Notes under the pieces: generated by a model
What the model was told of the DNA's origin: nothing
Database searches by the model: none
What the model saw: only the letters and a program-made list of their open reading frames with translations
In this document: positions 16,736 to 27,200 of the stretch, one piece after another
Numbering within the stretch: position 1 is the first letter of the stretch
How the letters are laid out: the number at the start of each line of letters is the position of its first letter
Made by a program: the position numbers and the translations under genes
Virus record (IMG/VR): IMGVR_UViG_3300042090_002597
Coordinates: 41,741 to 105,740 of that record
DNA: 64,000 nt
Strand: one strand, 5' to 3'
Source of the DNA: a virus

Positions 16736-18304
16736 TCACATGCATTCATAGGCCCACGAAGTGGAGGCGAGCACCGAGCCCGCCAGGGTGAAGCCGCTGG
16801 CGGATTTTGTGGACAGATAAGGCAGTGTGGTTCCGATCGCCGCGGCGGTGCTGTTCGCAGGGAAAAAGACACAGGCTTTCGGCGCGGAATTCCAGGAAGC
16901 CGCGAAGGACACCGCGCACGAAGTGGTACTGGCCGAACTGATATTGATGACACCCGCCATGTCGTTGGACCCGGCGGCTATCGACCCGTTCGTGCCGGTG
17001 CCACAGGCTCCGCTGGCGATCGTGGGCGCAGCAGTCGAGCCAAGCGTGATATGGCCAGTGGTATCCGCCGAAAGAGAGACCGCGCCTGCGGGTGCCAACT
17101 CCCAACCTGCGCCTCCGGACACATATCCCATCCAGGACGAACCGAGCGCAACACCGTTAGGCAGATAATTGGGGTCCGTATTGGTGGAGGCGCCATAGAT
17201 GCGCTGCCCGGCTGCCATGGCGATAGCGCCGTTATTGGACCCGAAATTGGCAGTGGAGAAATCAAGGCCGACTTTGGAATTGCCGAACCCGCTGAAAAAT
17301 GCGTCTATCGGTGCGGTCGAGCCCGACGCCTGGATACGAACACCCGCCCAGAACTGACCAAGCGCAGCGGCACCATTTGTGCGCGTAAAATTGAACACGG
17401 CGCCAACGGCTGCGGTGTCGTATCCATTGTCCGCGAAATTATATTCCAATGCCTGAAGATATGTTCCCGTTTGATATGAATTTACATCGCCATTATTGGC
17501 GATGCAGGCAGGACCAGCCAGAAAATTTGTGGCGTTGACGTTGGTGGAGTTACAGAACAATTCTGCGTTATAGCCCACTACGTCGCCTTGTCCTTTGTTG
17601 CGGGCGTAGGTTTTGAAAACGGCCACGCCGGTGCGTCCGCTATTAGTCGAATTGGACGCATTGTAGCCGGAGGTATTGGTGAAAAGAGTTACGAAAGGCG
17701 ATGCTTCTGGCGTCCACAAATAGCCCGACGACGGCTGGCCCAACGAAGCGGCGCCACTGATCGTGGTCTCGGTGCCGGTGACGATGCGAGATATGTCGTC
17801 GTTCCAGATCGCCCCGTAGGGACCGCCACTGCCGACACTGGTTGTTGGTGCTGTAATGGTCAACACCGCGCGCGGCGCGTATTTGACTCCGGTGCCGTCA
17901 ATAAGTTGGCCCGGTCCGGTGACTTTGTAAGCGGACGGAAAAGTAACAACCAGACAGGTTCCGGTGGCGACAGGTCCGCCTCCGGCAGTTTCGAACGAAC
18001 CGAAAGGCACGCTGTCGTCGGTGCTGCCATTGCATGCGGCACCATAGTCTTTCAGGTTGAGCACATCGGTGAAATGAGAATTGACCGAACGCGGTGTCGG
18101 CAATCCGGAGCCAGTGACCAGTGTGCCGGTCATGGAGCCGCCGGACAGAACACCGCCAACAGTATCGACTTTTGCCGCGAAAAAGGAATTCCACTGCGCG
18201 GCGCTCAGCACCTGGCCTGTCTGCACACCGGGACTCGACTGCGCCAGTACCGCACCGGCAGCAAAAAGCGTGTACGCAAAAGCGATCAGCAAGCGCGCTT
18301 TCAT
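16736..18304 (-). CDS. Tailspike/fibre-like protein with signal peptide
   Basis: MKARLLIAFAYTLFAAGAVLA-Q; NLKDYGAACNGSTDDS pectate-lyase-3-like N-motif. Confidence 0.6.
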   Translation of the reverse strand: MKARLLIAFAYTLFAAGAVLAQSSPGVQTGQVLSAAQWNSFFAAKVDTVGGVLSGGSMTGTLVTGSGLPTPRSVNSHFTDVLNLKDYGAACNGSTDDSVPFGSFETAGGGPVATGTCLVVTFPSAYKVTGPGQLIDGTGVKYAPRAVLTITAPTTSVGSGGPYGAIWNDDISRIVTGTETTISGAASLGQPSSGYLWTPEASPFVTLFTNTSGYNASNSTNSGRTGVAVFKTYARNKGQGDVVGYNAELFCNSTNVNATNFLAGPACIANNGDVNSYQTGTYLQALEYNFADNGYDTAAVGAVFNFTRTNGAAALGQFWAGVRIQASGSTAPIDAFFSGFGNSKVGLDFSTANFGSNNGAIAMAAGQRIYGASTNTDPNYLPNGVALGSSWMGYVSGGAGWELAPAGAVSLSADTTGHITLGSTAAPTIASGACGTGTNGSIAAGSNDMAGVINISSASTTSCAVSFAASWNSAPKACVFFPANSTAAAIGTTLPYLSTKSASGFTLAGSVLASTSWAYECM

Positions 18305-18348
18305 GGGGCGACTCCGGTCAGAACGGCGGCATTCTATCGGCCCTGGGC

Positions 18349-21015
18349 CTAGTTCACGATGCGGAGGTCCGGGCGGACACGCTCAATACGCCATTTCGTA
18401 ACATGCGTATCGCCTCCGCCGCTCTTGGTGCCGCCATCCTTGACGAACCGAAGGCCGCCGGTGATCCGCCCGGAGTGTCGTCCAAGCCAGTTGCTGAGCC
18501 GCTGGGGGTCGACAATTCCGCGGTAGCCGGCGGCCCGGAGCATGATGTCGAGCAATTCACCGCGCTCGACCACGCTCTCTGCTGGCCCCCCGACAACCTG
18601 GAGGCTATGTGCCGGCACGCCGAAACCTGCCTGCATAGCGGTGTCGGCGGCTTCCTTGGCGGTGTACGCCTTGTCGGAACCAAGACGACTGTTCCACGCC
18701 ACCAGCATGTCCCGCAGGTTTTTCAGGTCTGGATCGTCCGCCCGGGCCCGGTCCATGGCCAGCACCGGATCCGGCCAGCCGAGCCAGATCAGGGCACCCC
18801 GGACATGGCGGGACCACGCCTCGTACGAGCCGAGCGGCCGCAAATTCTTGGACCCCGGAAAACCGGCTGCCGCGTGCGCCCGGAGAATGTCCAGTACTGC
18901 TGCCACATACGACCCCCGGTCGTTCTCTACCATTTTGAGCGGATCGAAGCGGAATGTACGGGTTTCCGGCTGTTCCACCCCGGCGTCCAGCCGGATCGGC
19001 AGGTTCCTTCGTACCATGTCTCCAGATACCTGCAGCCCGTTGCCGTTTGCGGTGAAAGTGGCGCAGCTCTCTACCTCGATGATGCTGCTGGCTCCGAGCA
19101 ACCGGATCCGGATGCGCTCGCGCTCGACTGCCTGGTTCAGCACATCCGATCGCAGGACGCCGTTCACATTGTCCAGAGAGATCATCGGATAGCCAGCGGC
19201 GATCAGGCCATGCAACCGCTTGTCCAGTTCCTGGGGATTGTCGCTCGCGCTTGCCACAGGACACCTTTGCCCGGTTGCTATAAGTGAAGCCAGATCAATG
19301 AGATGGCTTTTGCCTGTCCCGGCGTCGGTGGCGGATACGGAGAACATGGGTGCCAGCGAAACGGCGCTGCGACAGACTGCGGTGAAGATCAGCGCGAGAG
19401 CGACGGAGCGGTCAACCTCGTCGACAAAGGGAAATCCCTCCAGCAGAGCGTTCACATGTCCTAGCCCCGTCGCGGCGTCCGACATAACGGCGTGCCGTGT
19501 GCCCCAGTTTTCGGGCATGCGGAGGTACGGATCGATTACCCGATGCACGCGCAAATCGGGGTCGTAGCCGACTCCGGTCGACAACCTCCCGTCTGGAAGC
19601 AAACCGGGTACGGCGACAACTCCGGCGATCTCGGGAAACGGGCGCGCGGTCGCTCTTTCGAGCAGGACCATCACCACATCGTTCGGAGGGTCGATAGTGA
19701 CCAGTTTCTGCGCGCGGCCGTCGTAGCGCACCCAGGTGGCGACCTTGGACAGCACGTCACGCAGCCCGGCCAGGGTGAAGGTGTGCAGGCCCACAGTGGT
19801 GGTGGTCAGGCCTTGGCTGCGCACCGTACGGGAGACCGGTGTGACCAACTGGCCGCCCCGTACATAGATCGCTTGCTGGGTGGCCAGGAGCGCCTGTTCC
19901 GCCTCGTCCGCGGCGCCGGAGAGGTTGCCGGGGTGCACCTGGATGGTGGGCCGCTGGACGGCTTGGACGATCTGCTGGGCTGGATTTGTTCTGTCCGGTA
20001 TGACGATCGGCGTAAAACCAGATTCTCGAATTTTCCACTGTTGCCACGCTGTTCCGCCTTTCCAGGTCCGGCCGGCTGCGGCTTCGTGGCGCTGGGCTTC
20101 CCGGTGCAGCGAGGCGTAGCCGGAGTTCCGGGTTGGGGGCGAGACCCGCATCCGGTCCCATTCTTCTTCGCAGGTGACCGATTCGCCGTACGCCGGGCTG
20201 CGGCGAGACCATTCGTCCCAGGCGGCGAAACCCTCGTCGGAGCCATCGGTGGCGGCAAAAATTGCCATGCCGATGGTTTCTTTCCAGTAGGTCCAGTTAC
20301 TGTCCGGGTTCGGTATCAGGGAGAGGGCTTCCCGGATGACGTCCACCGGCGCCTGTACGGGCGGTGTGTCCGGGTTCAGCGGCGCGGCCGGTTTCAGGCT
20401 GGCGGAAGCACGGGCGGCCAAGCGGTTGGCGGCTTCTCCGATCGGGGATAACTGGTCCGGTGTGCCCGAGAGGCGGTCGAAGGTAATGGTGACGTAGTTT
20501 GAGCCGAGGTAGATTTCGCCTTTGGCTGGCGCGCCGTTGGCGGTGAAGGAGTACGGGGTCTTTGTTGATTTTCCGGCCCATCCATCTGCCAGTCCGATGA
20601 TCCGAATGCCGGTGAGGGACGGCGATATCTCGGTGTACGAGTTGCAGTCCGCGATCACCTCTTGCGCCCACGGTGCTATCGCTCCGGTGTCTTTGTCCCG
20701 GCAGTCGTCCAGATCCAGGAAGAGAAATCCGTCGTCTGGCCGAGGTGCAAATCCGGCACCGCGTAGAGGGTTCTGTGTTTGCGCCGAGGCAAAAAGTGCA
20801 GCGGCCGCTGTTGCATAGTCGCAGAGATCGTTGTCGTCATCTGTGTGCGCCGCGCGCCCGTCGGCGGTGAGCGGCGGCTTGTCCCAGGACGATTTCTTGT
20901 TGGGGTCCCGGAGGTTTCCCTTGCGGTCGTATTTCTGCACGTAGCGCCAGACCACCCAGCGCTTCATTTCGGCCAGAGGCAGAAGGGCTTGCGGAAATTG
21001 GCGGGGCTCGGTCAC
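18349..21015 (-). CDS. Primase-polymerase + PriCT-2 + P-loop helicase
   Basis: RWVVWRY, FLDLDDC, YTEISPS.TG prim-pol motifs; IGMAI..EGFAAWDEWS (PriCT-2); GTGKS Walker A. Confidence 0.85.
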   Translation of the reverse strand: MTEPRQFPQALLPLAEMKRWVVWRYVQKYDRKGNLRDPNKKSSWDKPPLTADGRAAHTDDDNDLCDYATAAAALFASAQTQNPLRGAGFAPRPDDGFLFLDLDDCRDKDTGAIAPWAQEVIADCNSYTEISPSLTGIRIIGLADGWAGKSTKTPYSFTANGAPAKGEIYLGSNYVTITFDRLSGTPDQLSPIGEAANRLAARASASLKPAAPLNPDTPPVQAPVDVIREALSLIPNPDSNWTYWKETIGMAIFAATDGSDEGFAAWDEWSRRSPAYGESVTCEEEWDRMRVSPPTRNSGYASLHREAQRHEAAAGRTWKGGTAWQQWKIRESGFTPIVIPDRTNPAQQIVQAVQRPTIQVHPGNLSGAADEAEQALLATQQAIYVRGGQLVTPVSRTVRSQGLTTTTVGLHTFTLAGLRDVLSKVATWVRYDGRAQKLVTIDPPNDVVMVLLERATARPFPEIAGVVAVPGLLPDGRLSTGVGYDPDLRVHRVIDPYLRMPENWGTRHAVMSDAATGLGHVNALLEGFPFVDEVDRSVALALIFTAVCRSAVSLAPMFSVSATDAGTGKSHLIDLASLIATGQRCPVASASDNPQELDKRLHGLIAAGYPMISLDNVNGVLRSDVLNQAVERERIRIRLLGASSIIEVESCATFTANGNGLQVSGDMVRRNLPIRLDAGVEQPETRTFRFDPLKMVENDRGSYVAAVLDILRAHAAAGFPGSKNLRPLGSYEAWSRHVRGALIWLGWPDPVLAMDRARADDPDLKNLRDMLVAWNSRLGSDKAYTAKEAADTAMQAGFGVPAHSLQVVGGPAESVVERGELLDIMLRAAGYRGIVDPQRLSNWLGRHSGRITGGLRFVKDGGTKSGGGDTHVTKWRIERVRPDLRIVN

Positions 21016-22583
21016 GACTTGACCCGCTTGGCGCGATCTTCCTGGATTCGTTTCAGACCCATTTTGGCGTAATCAGGATTGAGTTCAATACCGATCGAGT
21101 TGCGGCCCAGGCGGTCGGCGACCATCAATGTGGTGCAGGCACCGGCAAACGGATCAAGGACGGTGCACGGCACTGGATCGGGTGGAGGAAAGCAGGTGCA
21201 GGTGAATTTCCAGCCTGTGGTTTTGTCGGCTTTTGGTGTCCAAACTGTCTCGTCACCGCGTTCGCCGAAATGCGTTCGTTCAAGACGTTTGAAACCGTTC
21301 CCCGCGCTTCTGCCAGCGGCGGGGACTTTCTCGGATATGCGCTCAATCTGCGACCCGCATTGCGGGCAACAACCTTTTTCACTGGTGGCGGCGAGGATCA
21401 GCGGTTCGACGTTCAAGCATGAGCAGCACGGCTCCCACCGCAGAGTTTCTATCCCGATGGGTTCTTTGTAGCTCGCGCCCTGACTGCCTCGCGAATGCCG
21501 AGCGTCTTGTTTATCGCCAAACCAATTTTCGTGAACTTTGTATTTCGTTTCTGCAATTCGCCGCCACGGTGTCCCGCAATTCGCGCAGCAGCCTTTCTCG
21601 CTTGTCGCCGCCGTAATAAGCGGCTCAACTAGTTTCACTGGAAATGTTGCGAAGTGGGCACCCTTGAACGGGTATGGGTTCACGTCCAGTGCCAGCGGTT
21701 GGCCGTCCAGGTCAGTGATGAGGTTGTGCGGTTTTTCGAGTGAGGTGAAGAACAGGTCGGTGTTGCGGAAGTTTCGCGTTGCGCAAGAAGTCATTCCAGA
21801 TGCTTGCCTGTGGGGCGCATAGCCTGCAGATTTTGGACCGCGCCCGTCTGTAAATCTGTTTTGCGGCTTCATCGTACCGGGCTGTTGCACCGCAACATGA
21901 TCGTAGAAATAGTCGGTGCTTTTGGTGAACATGTAGACGTATTCGATGGCGCTGGTCGGGCGGTCCTTCACGCTCTCTGGCATGCATGAGCGTTTGATCC
22001 ACGGAATCTGGGATCGAAGAATCCAGCCGTCCGCCTGCATAGCCAGGGCGAGCCGGGCGGGAACCATCATCGGGTCTTTTTCTTGCAGACCGTCAGGTAT
22101 GCAGCAATTGGCGGCTTTTCCGCCACCACGTTCAATTATGTAGTTTTGTTTTCCAGAATCGCCGGGTTTGTGTTGGCCTTTTCCTGGCGGCCGCGAGTAC
22201 CCGTCTCCGATGTTCAGCCAGAAGATGCCATCGTCCCGCAGCACTCGCCGCAGTTCACGAAATACGGAGACCATGTCGTTCAGGTACGCCTGAAGCGTTT
22301 TTTCCTGACCTATCTCGCCACTTTCCGCGCCGATTCCGTACGATCGGAGCCCGAAATACGGAGGCGACGTCACAACGCAGTGCACTGATTTCTCTGGAAT
22401 TTCCCGGAGCACCCGTCGGACATCGCCAACAAAAATCGCGCCGTTCTCCCAGCATAGCACCTCGGCGGGAGCGTCTGTACGCGAAATTTCATCAAGCGGC
22501 ATAGATGGCGGTCTCCGGCGACTATTGACGTCATCCGGCGCACGCGCTATGTCTGGGTTCGGGCGCCACACCCTCCTACCCAA
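21012..22583 (-). CDS. N4/N6 DNA methyltransferase (beta class) with duplicated Cys-rich insert; start uncertain
   Basis: VTSPPY, HFATFP, VLDPFAG; two copies of VEPLIxAATSEKGCCxxCG. Confidence 0.9.
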   Translation of the reverse strand: MGRRVWRPNPDIARAPDDVNSRRRPPSMPLDEISRTDAPAEVLCWENGAIFVGDVRRVLREIPEKSVHCVVTSPPYFGLRSYGIGAESGEIGQEKTLQAYLNDMVSVFRELRRVLRDDGIFWLNIGDGYSRPPGKGQHKPGDSGKQNYIIERGGGKAANCCIPDGLQEKDPMMVPARLALAMQADGWILRSQIPWIKRSCMPESVKDRPTSAIEYVYMFTKSTDYFYDHVAVQQPGTMKPQNRFTDGRGPKSAGYAPHRQASGMTSCATRNFRNTDLFFTSLEKPHNLITDLDGQPLALDVNPYPFKGAHFATFPVKLVEPLITAATSEKGCCANCGTPWRRIAETKYKVHENWFGDKQDARHSRGSQGASYKEPIGIETLRWEPCCSCLNVEPLILAATSEKGCCPQCGSQIERISEKVPAAGRSAGNGFKRLERTHFGERGDETVWTPKADKTTGWKFTCTCFPPPDPVPCTVLDPFAGACTTLMVADRLGRNSIGIELNPDYAKMGLKRIQEDRAKRVKS

Positions 22584-22729
22584 GACATCGCAGGTCCGCC
22601 TGTGATCCGGAGCCTCCCAGTTCGCCGCTGGGAGGCTTCGTCGTTTTCGAGGGACCGATACTGCATCTAGTGGCGGTGCCGGTCAAGCCATACCGGTAGG
22701 GGGTCTGAGTAGAAATACTCATGGATTTA

Positions 22730-22760
22730 GCTGTTGTGTTATTACGCCAACAGTGATATT
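22730..22760 (+). promoter_or_regulatory. Repeated phage promoter/operator motif, copy 1
   Basis: GCTGTTGTGTTATTACGCCAACAGTGATAT, near-identical to 40892-40921. Confidence 0.6.
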
Positions 22761-22790
22761 TCAAGGCTCCGATTCTTACAGGAGCAGCAG

Positions 22791-23189
22791 ATGGCGAGAA
22801 AAGCAGTGGCGGTCGCACCGAAGCGGAAGCGGGCGCCGAAGAAGGCACCCCAGGCGGCGGTTCCGCGCCCGGCGGTAACCGGGATCGTGCTGAAACTGGA
22901 GACCAAGTTGGTGGACGACATCAACGCGGTTCTGGAGCAGCGTGGCACGAACATCGAAACGTACATCCGCCTGCAGTTGCGCGCGTTCCGGCACGCCGGG
23001 AAAATTCTCGGGCTCAACGACCGGCTGAATTTCGGCAAGTTCTCGGGCGAGTTGGTCGAGGATGTATGTCGCGCCGAGCCGGGCTATGTGGAGTGGCTGA
23101 TCGCCAACAGCACTTCGGCACGCTTCCACCAGGATGTGCTGAGCCTGCTGGAGGAATTGCGCGAAAAAGCAGAAGAGATACCGCTCTGA
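22791..23189 (+). CDS. Protein with C-terminal 'FGK..G' (DUF3820/ExoX-C-like) domain
   Basis: LNFGKFSGELVEDVCRAEPGYVEWL. Confidence 0.65.
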   Translation: MARKAVAVAPKRKRAPKKAPQAAVPRPAVTGIVLKLETKLVDDINAVLEQRGTNIETYIRLQLRAFRHAGKILGLNDRLNFGKFSGELVEDVCRAEPGYVEWLIANSTSARFHQDVLSLLEELREKAEEIPL

Positions 23190-24259
23190 GCTACTCTCCC
23201 GACCAAGCCGAAGCGATAGATCGGATCAGCCAGTTTCTGGCTGCCCGGCGTACCGAACGAAACTATTTTTCGCTCCAGGGTCTTGCCGGCACCGGAAAGT
23301 CCAAAGTACTGGCCGATCTCGCGCGCCGGTATGAGGCACTACTGGTGGCGCCGACGGGCAAGGCAGCATCGGTGCTCGCCCGTCGCACTGGCCTGAAGGC
23401 CACAACCATCCATTCGGCGATCTACCAGTTTCGCGGTGAATACGTGGACGAGGAGACCGGCGAGCGAAACTTGACTTTTAAGTCAAGAATCCGGGATGAT
23501 TCATGGAAGGGCCGGATCGCTTTTGTTGACGAAGCCTCGATGGTCGACGCCACGCTAGCGATGGATTTGCTGGCGACAGGCTGTAAAATCGTGGCTGCCG
23601 GTGATCCTGGTCAGTTACAGCCCGTCCGCGGCACTCGTTTTTTCGAACATGCTGACGCCACGCTCACCACCATTCACCGGCAAGCGTTGGAGTCAGCCAT
23701 TGTGCGCCAAGCGCACAATGTGCGGCACAACGGAAGTTACGCTGCTGATGGGCCGGATTTCCGGGTGCAACGTTTTGTCGAGCGCGAAGACATTCTCGCG
23801 GCCGACATTTTCCTGTGCTGGCGCAATGCCACCAGGCACGCACTGAACTCCCTGGTGCGGGCGCACCGAGGCCTGGAGGGCTATCCTCTGGCCGGGGAAC
23901 CCGTGATGTGCCTGCGCAATGACCATGATGTGGGGATTCTCAACGGTGCTGTCTATCGTCTGATCCGGGATTACGACCCGAACATGCGCTTGGCGAGAAT
24001 TGTCAACGAACGCATGGAGACGATAACCGTAGAAGACTGCCGGATCGAGCAATTGGACGCCCCAGGCGACCCTATGCTTGCGTCGGAGGAGCATCCGTTT
24101 GCTTTCGCCTATGCGGCGACTGTTCACAAATTTCAGGGCTCTGAGACCGATACGGGAATCCTGGTGGACGAATACGATCGCCAGGACCAGCGGCGCGAGT
24201 TTCTGTATACCGGCTTCACTCGTTTTGCAAAAAGAATGATTGTGCAGCGCAACTGGTAG
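23186..24259 (+). CDS. RecD/Dda-like SF1B helicase (start probably CTG 23186; alternative ATG 23066)
   Basis: GLAGTGKS, APTGKAA, VDEASM, GDPGQLQPV, HRQ, YAATVHKFQGSE. Confidence 0.9.
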   Translation: MSYSPDQAEAIDRISQFLAARRTERNYFSLQGLAGTGKSKVLADLARRYEALLVAPTGKAASVLARRTGLKATTIHSAIYQFRGEYVDEETGERNLTFKSRIRDDSWKGRIAFVDEASMVDATLAMDLLATGCKIVAAGDPGQLQPVRGTRFFEHADATLTTIHRQALESAIVRQAHNVRHNGSYAADGPDFRVQRFVEREDILAADIFLCWRNATRHALNSLVRAHRGLEGYPLAGEPVMCLRNDHDVGILNGAVYRLIRDYDPNMRLARIVNERMETITVEDCRIEQLDAPGDPMLASEEHPFAFAYAATVHKFQGSETDTGILVDEYDRQDQRREFLYTGFTRFAKRMIVQRNW

Positions 24260-24262
24260 CGG

Positions 24263-24661
24263 TCAGCCTGGGTCCGACGGACTGGCACGGGTGTGGGTGT
24301 CGAGACCGTTCAGCGTCGGCGGTACAGTCGGTCCGGTTGGCAGCATGAACGGCATGGGCTCCACTTCGTTTCGCCTTTCCTGGCCAACGCCGTTTCTCGC
24401 GCGATCGGCACCCTGAATACCGGCTACGTTTATCGCGATGTGCTGCAGTGTTACAGAGATATCCTTCAGTTCCGTTTTCAGCGAGGTAAGCTCGGCCTGC
24501 GCTTCCGCAAGTTTGACGTCGTGCTCGGTCAGCTTGGCCTGCACCGTGAGGGCCATGGTCAACCCCCAGCCGACCATTGACACGATGGTCAGGAGATGGC
24601 CGATATTGAATGTCCAGAAGTTTTTCATGGCATCCTTGGGTGGATTGAAACTTATAGACAT
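24263..24661 (-). CDS. Membrane-anchored coiled-coil protein
   Basis: One transmembrane segment followed by a heptad-rich region. Confidence 0.55.
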   Translation of the reverse strand: MSISFNPPKDAMKNFWTFNIGHLLTIVSMVGWGLTMALTVQAKLTEHDVKLAEAQAELTSLKTELKDISVTLQHIAINVAGIQGADRARNGVGQERRNEVEPMPFMLPTGPTVPPTLNGLDTHTRASPSDPG

Positions 24662-24772
24662 TTTACTTCACTCCTTTCTGGTCGTGTCGGCCCGGCGAAA
24701 AGAGTGACTCGCTGGATCACGTACGTGTGTATTCTAGCCTGAGCCAAGCGTACACGTAGCGTGAAAAAAGCG

Positions 24773-25045
24773 TCAATTGGTCACAGGCGGATTGCTTTTC
24801 TGAGTTTGACGGATTTGCGAGAAAATTGCTTCGAGTTTCGCCTGCTCATCTCGACAATTGGGCGACGTCGCAGACATTCGGCAGTAGAAGTTGCGGTTTT
24901 CAAATACGCGACGCGCCTGATGCCAGAGCGCGGCCTCCGCAGGCGTCGGTTGCGCGCTCTCTTTTGGCGCGTTTGGGTCTTCCGAGACAGCCGGAACGGC
25001 CATCGCGGAAGTCGTGAGCAAGAGCAGAGCGGCGATGGCTTTCAT
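24773..25045 (-). CDS. Small secreted protein
   Basis: MKAIAALLLLTTSAMA signal peptide. Confidence 0.5.
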   Translation of the reverse strand: MKAIAALLLLTTSAMAVPAVSEDPNAPKESAQPTPAEAALWHQARRVFENRNFYCRMSATSPNCRDEQAKLEAIFSQIRQTQKSNPPVTN

Positions 25046-25053
25046 GGTGGTTC

Positions 25054-27195
25054 TCACGGACATTGCGCCAGCGCCGGGCACGCGCCCTGCGTGGTTGATT
25101 GCGCGGTTGCTTGTGCGTCCCACGAAACGGTGAAGGACGTTCCGGCGCCGATCAGCGGGCTTCCGGTGTTGGGCGCGAAGTTTCCCGATCCGGGGTTGAT
25201 TAGGCTCGGGTTCACTGCGCACTGGTTCATCGTGCACGCCCAATAACCGCCTTGCATCGGCGTGGCGCTCGACACGGTCTGCGAATCGTTGATGTTGTAG
25301 GTGCCGTTGCTTCCGGAGCCGGTGCCAAGGCTGACGATCTTCGTGCCGACGATCGGCGGCGTAGGCGACCCTGTTCCGTAAATGATGGCGCCGACAGATA
25401 GGTTTGAACTGGACACACTGGAGGCCGTCAGCACCGGGCCGGCGATCGTGCCTGAAAAGGTCGCTCCTGCATCGTTGTCGAACATCTGGTAAGCGCCCTG
25501 TGCGGCGATCGAATAAACATCATTCGTCAGCCAAGTGATGTTTATGTCTGACCCTGCGCCGTTTCCACCTACTGCGCCGAAACTGTTGTTGCCGCCTGAG
25601 CTGTATCCACCGCCGGCATTGGTCGTCGCCAGACCCACGTTGTTCTGCCAGGTATTATTCGAACCGCCTTGTTGCGAAAGTTCTCCAAGAGCAAATCCAT
25701 GCAGTGTCGCATCTCGATTGTTGTTATAGGCGGTATTACTCACGAACGTTGCGGTGGAACACCCGAAGGCGTGGAAGCCTCGCGCGCCACCATTGTAGCT
25801 CAGCGTAAAGCCTACGAGCATCGGCTGCGTGTATGAAAAATTGGTGCAGGTATCCAAGATAAGGTTGTTGCCGTCCGAGATCGAGCCACCGAACGTCAAC
25901 GTGTTGTCATGCAGGATGTTCCACGTCAGCACATAATGATAAGGAGAATAGATGGTATCAAATGTAGTCGGGGTGTAGCCCGTTAAGGCGCGTGGTTGAA
26001 CGATGTTCAGACCCGATCCTTGATTTACATTCGTGTTCGAATTGGAGTAGATCAGATCGTTCATGGCCCATTGATAGTCGGACCCCGATAGCGTCACTCC
26101 GGCTGCACCGCAGTTGTGGGCGGAGACATTGATAACCATGAAATGATCGATGCCGCCGGCCGCTTGCGGGTAATTGCCGAGGCAGTTTGTGCCAACCGTG
26201 TTGCTGTTTCCGTCGAACTCGATACCGTCAACGACCACATAGGCGTTAAGTATGCCCAAGCTGTCACCATTTGATGACGTGATGTTTTGGCTGGTTGTGA
26301 CCGTCGTCCCTGAGATCGTAACGGTTGTTCCATAGGGTATCGCAGAGTTGGTCGTGTAATCGACGATGCGCTGACCGTTCGTTATGCCAGTTGCCGATGA
26401 CACCGTGATAGTGTTGCCGCCAGTGACCGATCCCGATTGCGTCGGCTGCGCTGTCTCGTAGGTGGCCACCAAATCGCCTAGGCTCGTGCTGGTCGTGAAC
26501 TTGCAGCCGCCGGGAACTGTTGGCGCGGTCGGCCCCGACGCGCAGCGAATAGCCAGATATCCCGTCGTGGAAGACGCGTTACCGCCGGCCGTGATGTATT
26601 GCGTGCCCGTAAATGAATAGGTGCCCGTGGCCACCTGAATGCACCATCCCGGCGCAGGCGAAGGGAGAAGTGTCTGCGCCTTGTTCAGCGAGAACACAGG
26701 GCTTCCCGACGTGCCGCTGTTGCTGTCGTTGCCGGTCGGAGACATGAAGACACTGCCGCCCGCGCACGCCGTCGAGTAGGGCGGCGACGCGGAGACGGCG
26801 GCGCTCAAACCAGGTACTTCATTGCCGGTGATGGTGAACGATTGATAGTAGCTCGAAGCGCCCTGCGTGGCGTTCAAGCAGATCGTGTAGGAGCCATTCT
26901 GCTGCGCGCCGCTGATCGAAAGCACGTTGCCGCTGACCGAGAAACTGGCGTTGTTAGTGCTCGCGCAGCCCGAGTGTGTGGCCAGAGAAATTACGCCGAT
27001 AAACGATCCGCCTATTGCCGTGACAGTCGGCGTGCCAAGCTGGTAGTTGGAATAATTCGAAACAAAGTAACTTTGCGGCAATGAAATGCCGGTAATCGTA
27101 ATCGGACCTGTGCTGTTCGAACCCGCGCCGCGCTTCACCAGCGCATCAGCGGGCAGCGTGAACAGCCACAGCGCAACGAATAGAAGTCGGATCAT
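25054..27195 (-). CDS. Secreted right-handed beta-helix (pectin-lyase-like) protein
   Basis: Signal peptide MIRLLFVALWLFTLPADA; VFMSPTGNDSNSGTSGSP motif; Asn-ladder repeats; SPLIGAG terminus. Confidence 0.7.
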   Translation of the reverse strand: MIRLLFVALWLFTLPADALVKRGAGSNSTGPITITGISLPQSYFVSNYSNYQLGTPTVTAIGGSFIGVISLATHSGCASTNNASFSVSGNVLSISGAQQNGSYTICLNATQGASSYYQSFTITGNEVPGLSAAVSASPPYSTACAGGSVFMSPTGNDSNSGTSGSPVFSLNKAQTLLPSPAPGWCIQVATGTYSFTGTQYITAGGNASSTTGYLAIRCASGPTAPTVPGGCKFTTSTSLGDLVATYETAQPTQSGSVTGGNTITVSSATGITNGQRIVDYTTNSAIPYGTTVTISGTTVTTSQNITSSNGDSLGILNAYVVVDGIEFDGNSNTVGTNCLGNYPQAAGGIDHFMVINVSAHNCGAAGVTLSGSDYQWAMNDLIYSNSNTNVNQGSGLNIVQPRALTGYTPTTFDTIYSPYHYVLTWNILHDNTLTFGGSISDGNNLILDTCTNFSYTQPMLVGFTLSYNGGARGFHAFGCSTATFVSNTAYNNNRDATLHGFALGELSQQGGSNNTWQNNVGLATTNAGGGYSSGGNNSFGAVGGNGAGSDINITWLTNDVYSIAAQGAYQMFDNDAGATFSGTIAGPVLTASSVSSSNLSVGAIIYGTGSPTPPIVGTKIVSLGTGSGSNGTYNINDSQTVSSATPMQGGYWACTMNQCAVNPSLINPGSGNFAPNTGSPLIGAGTSFTVSWDAQATAQSTTQGACPALAQCP

Positions 27196-27200
27196 CGTCT

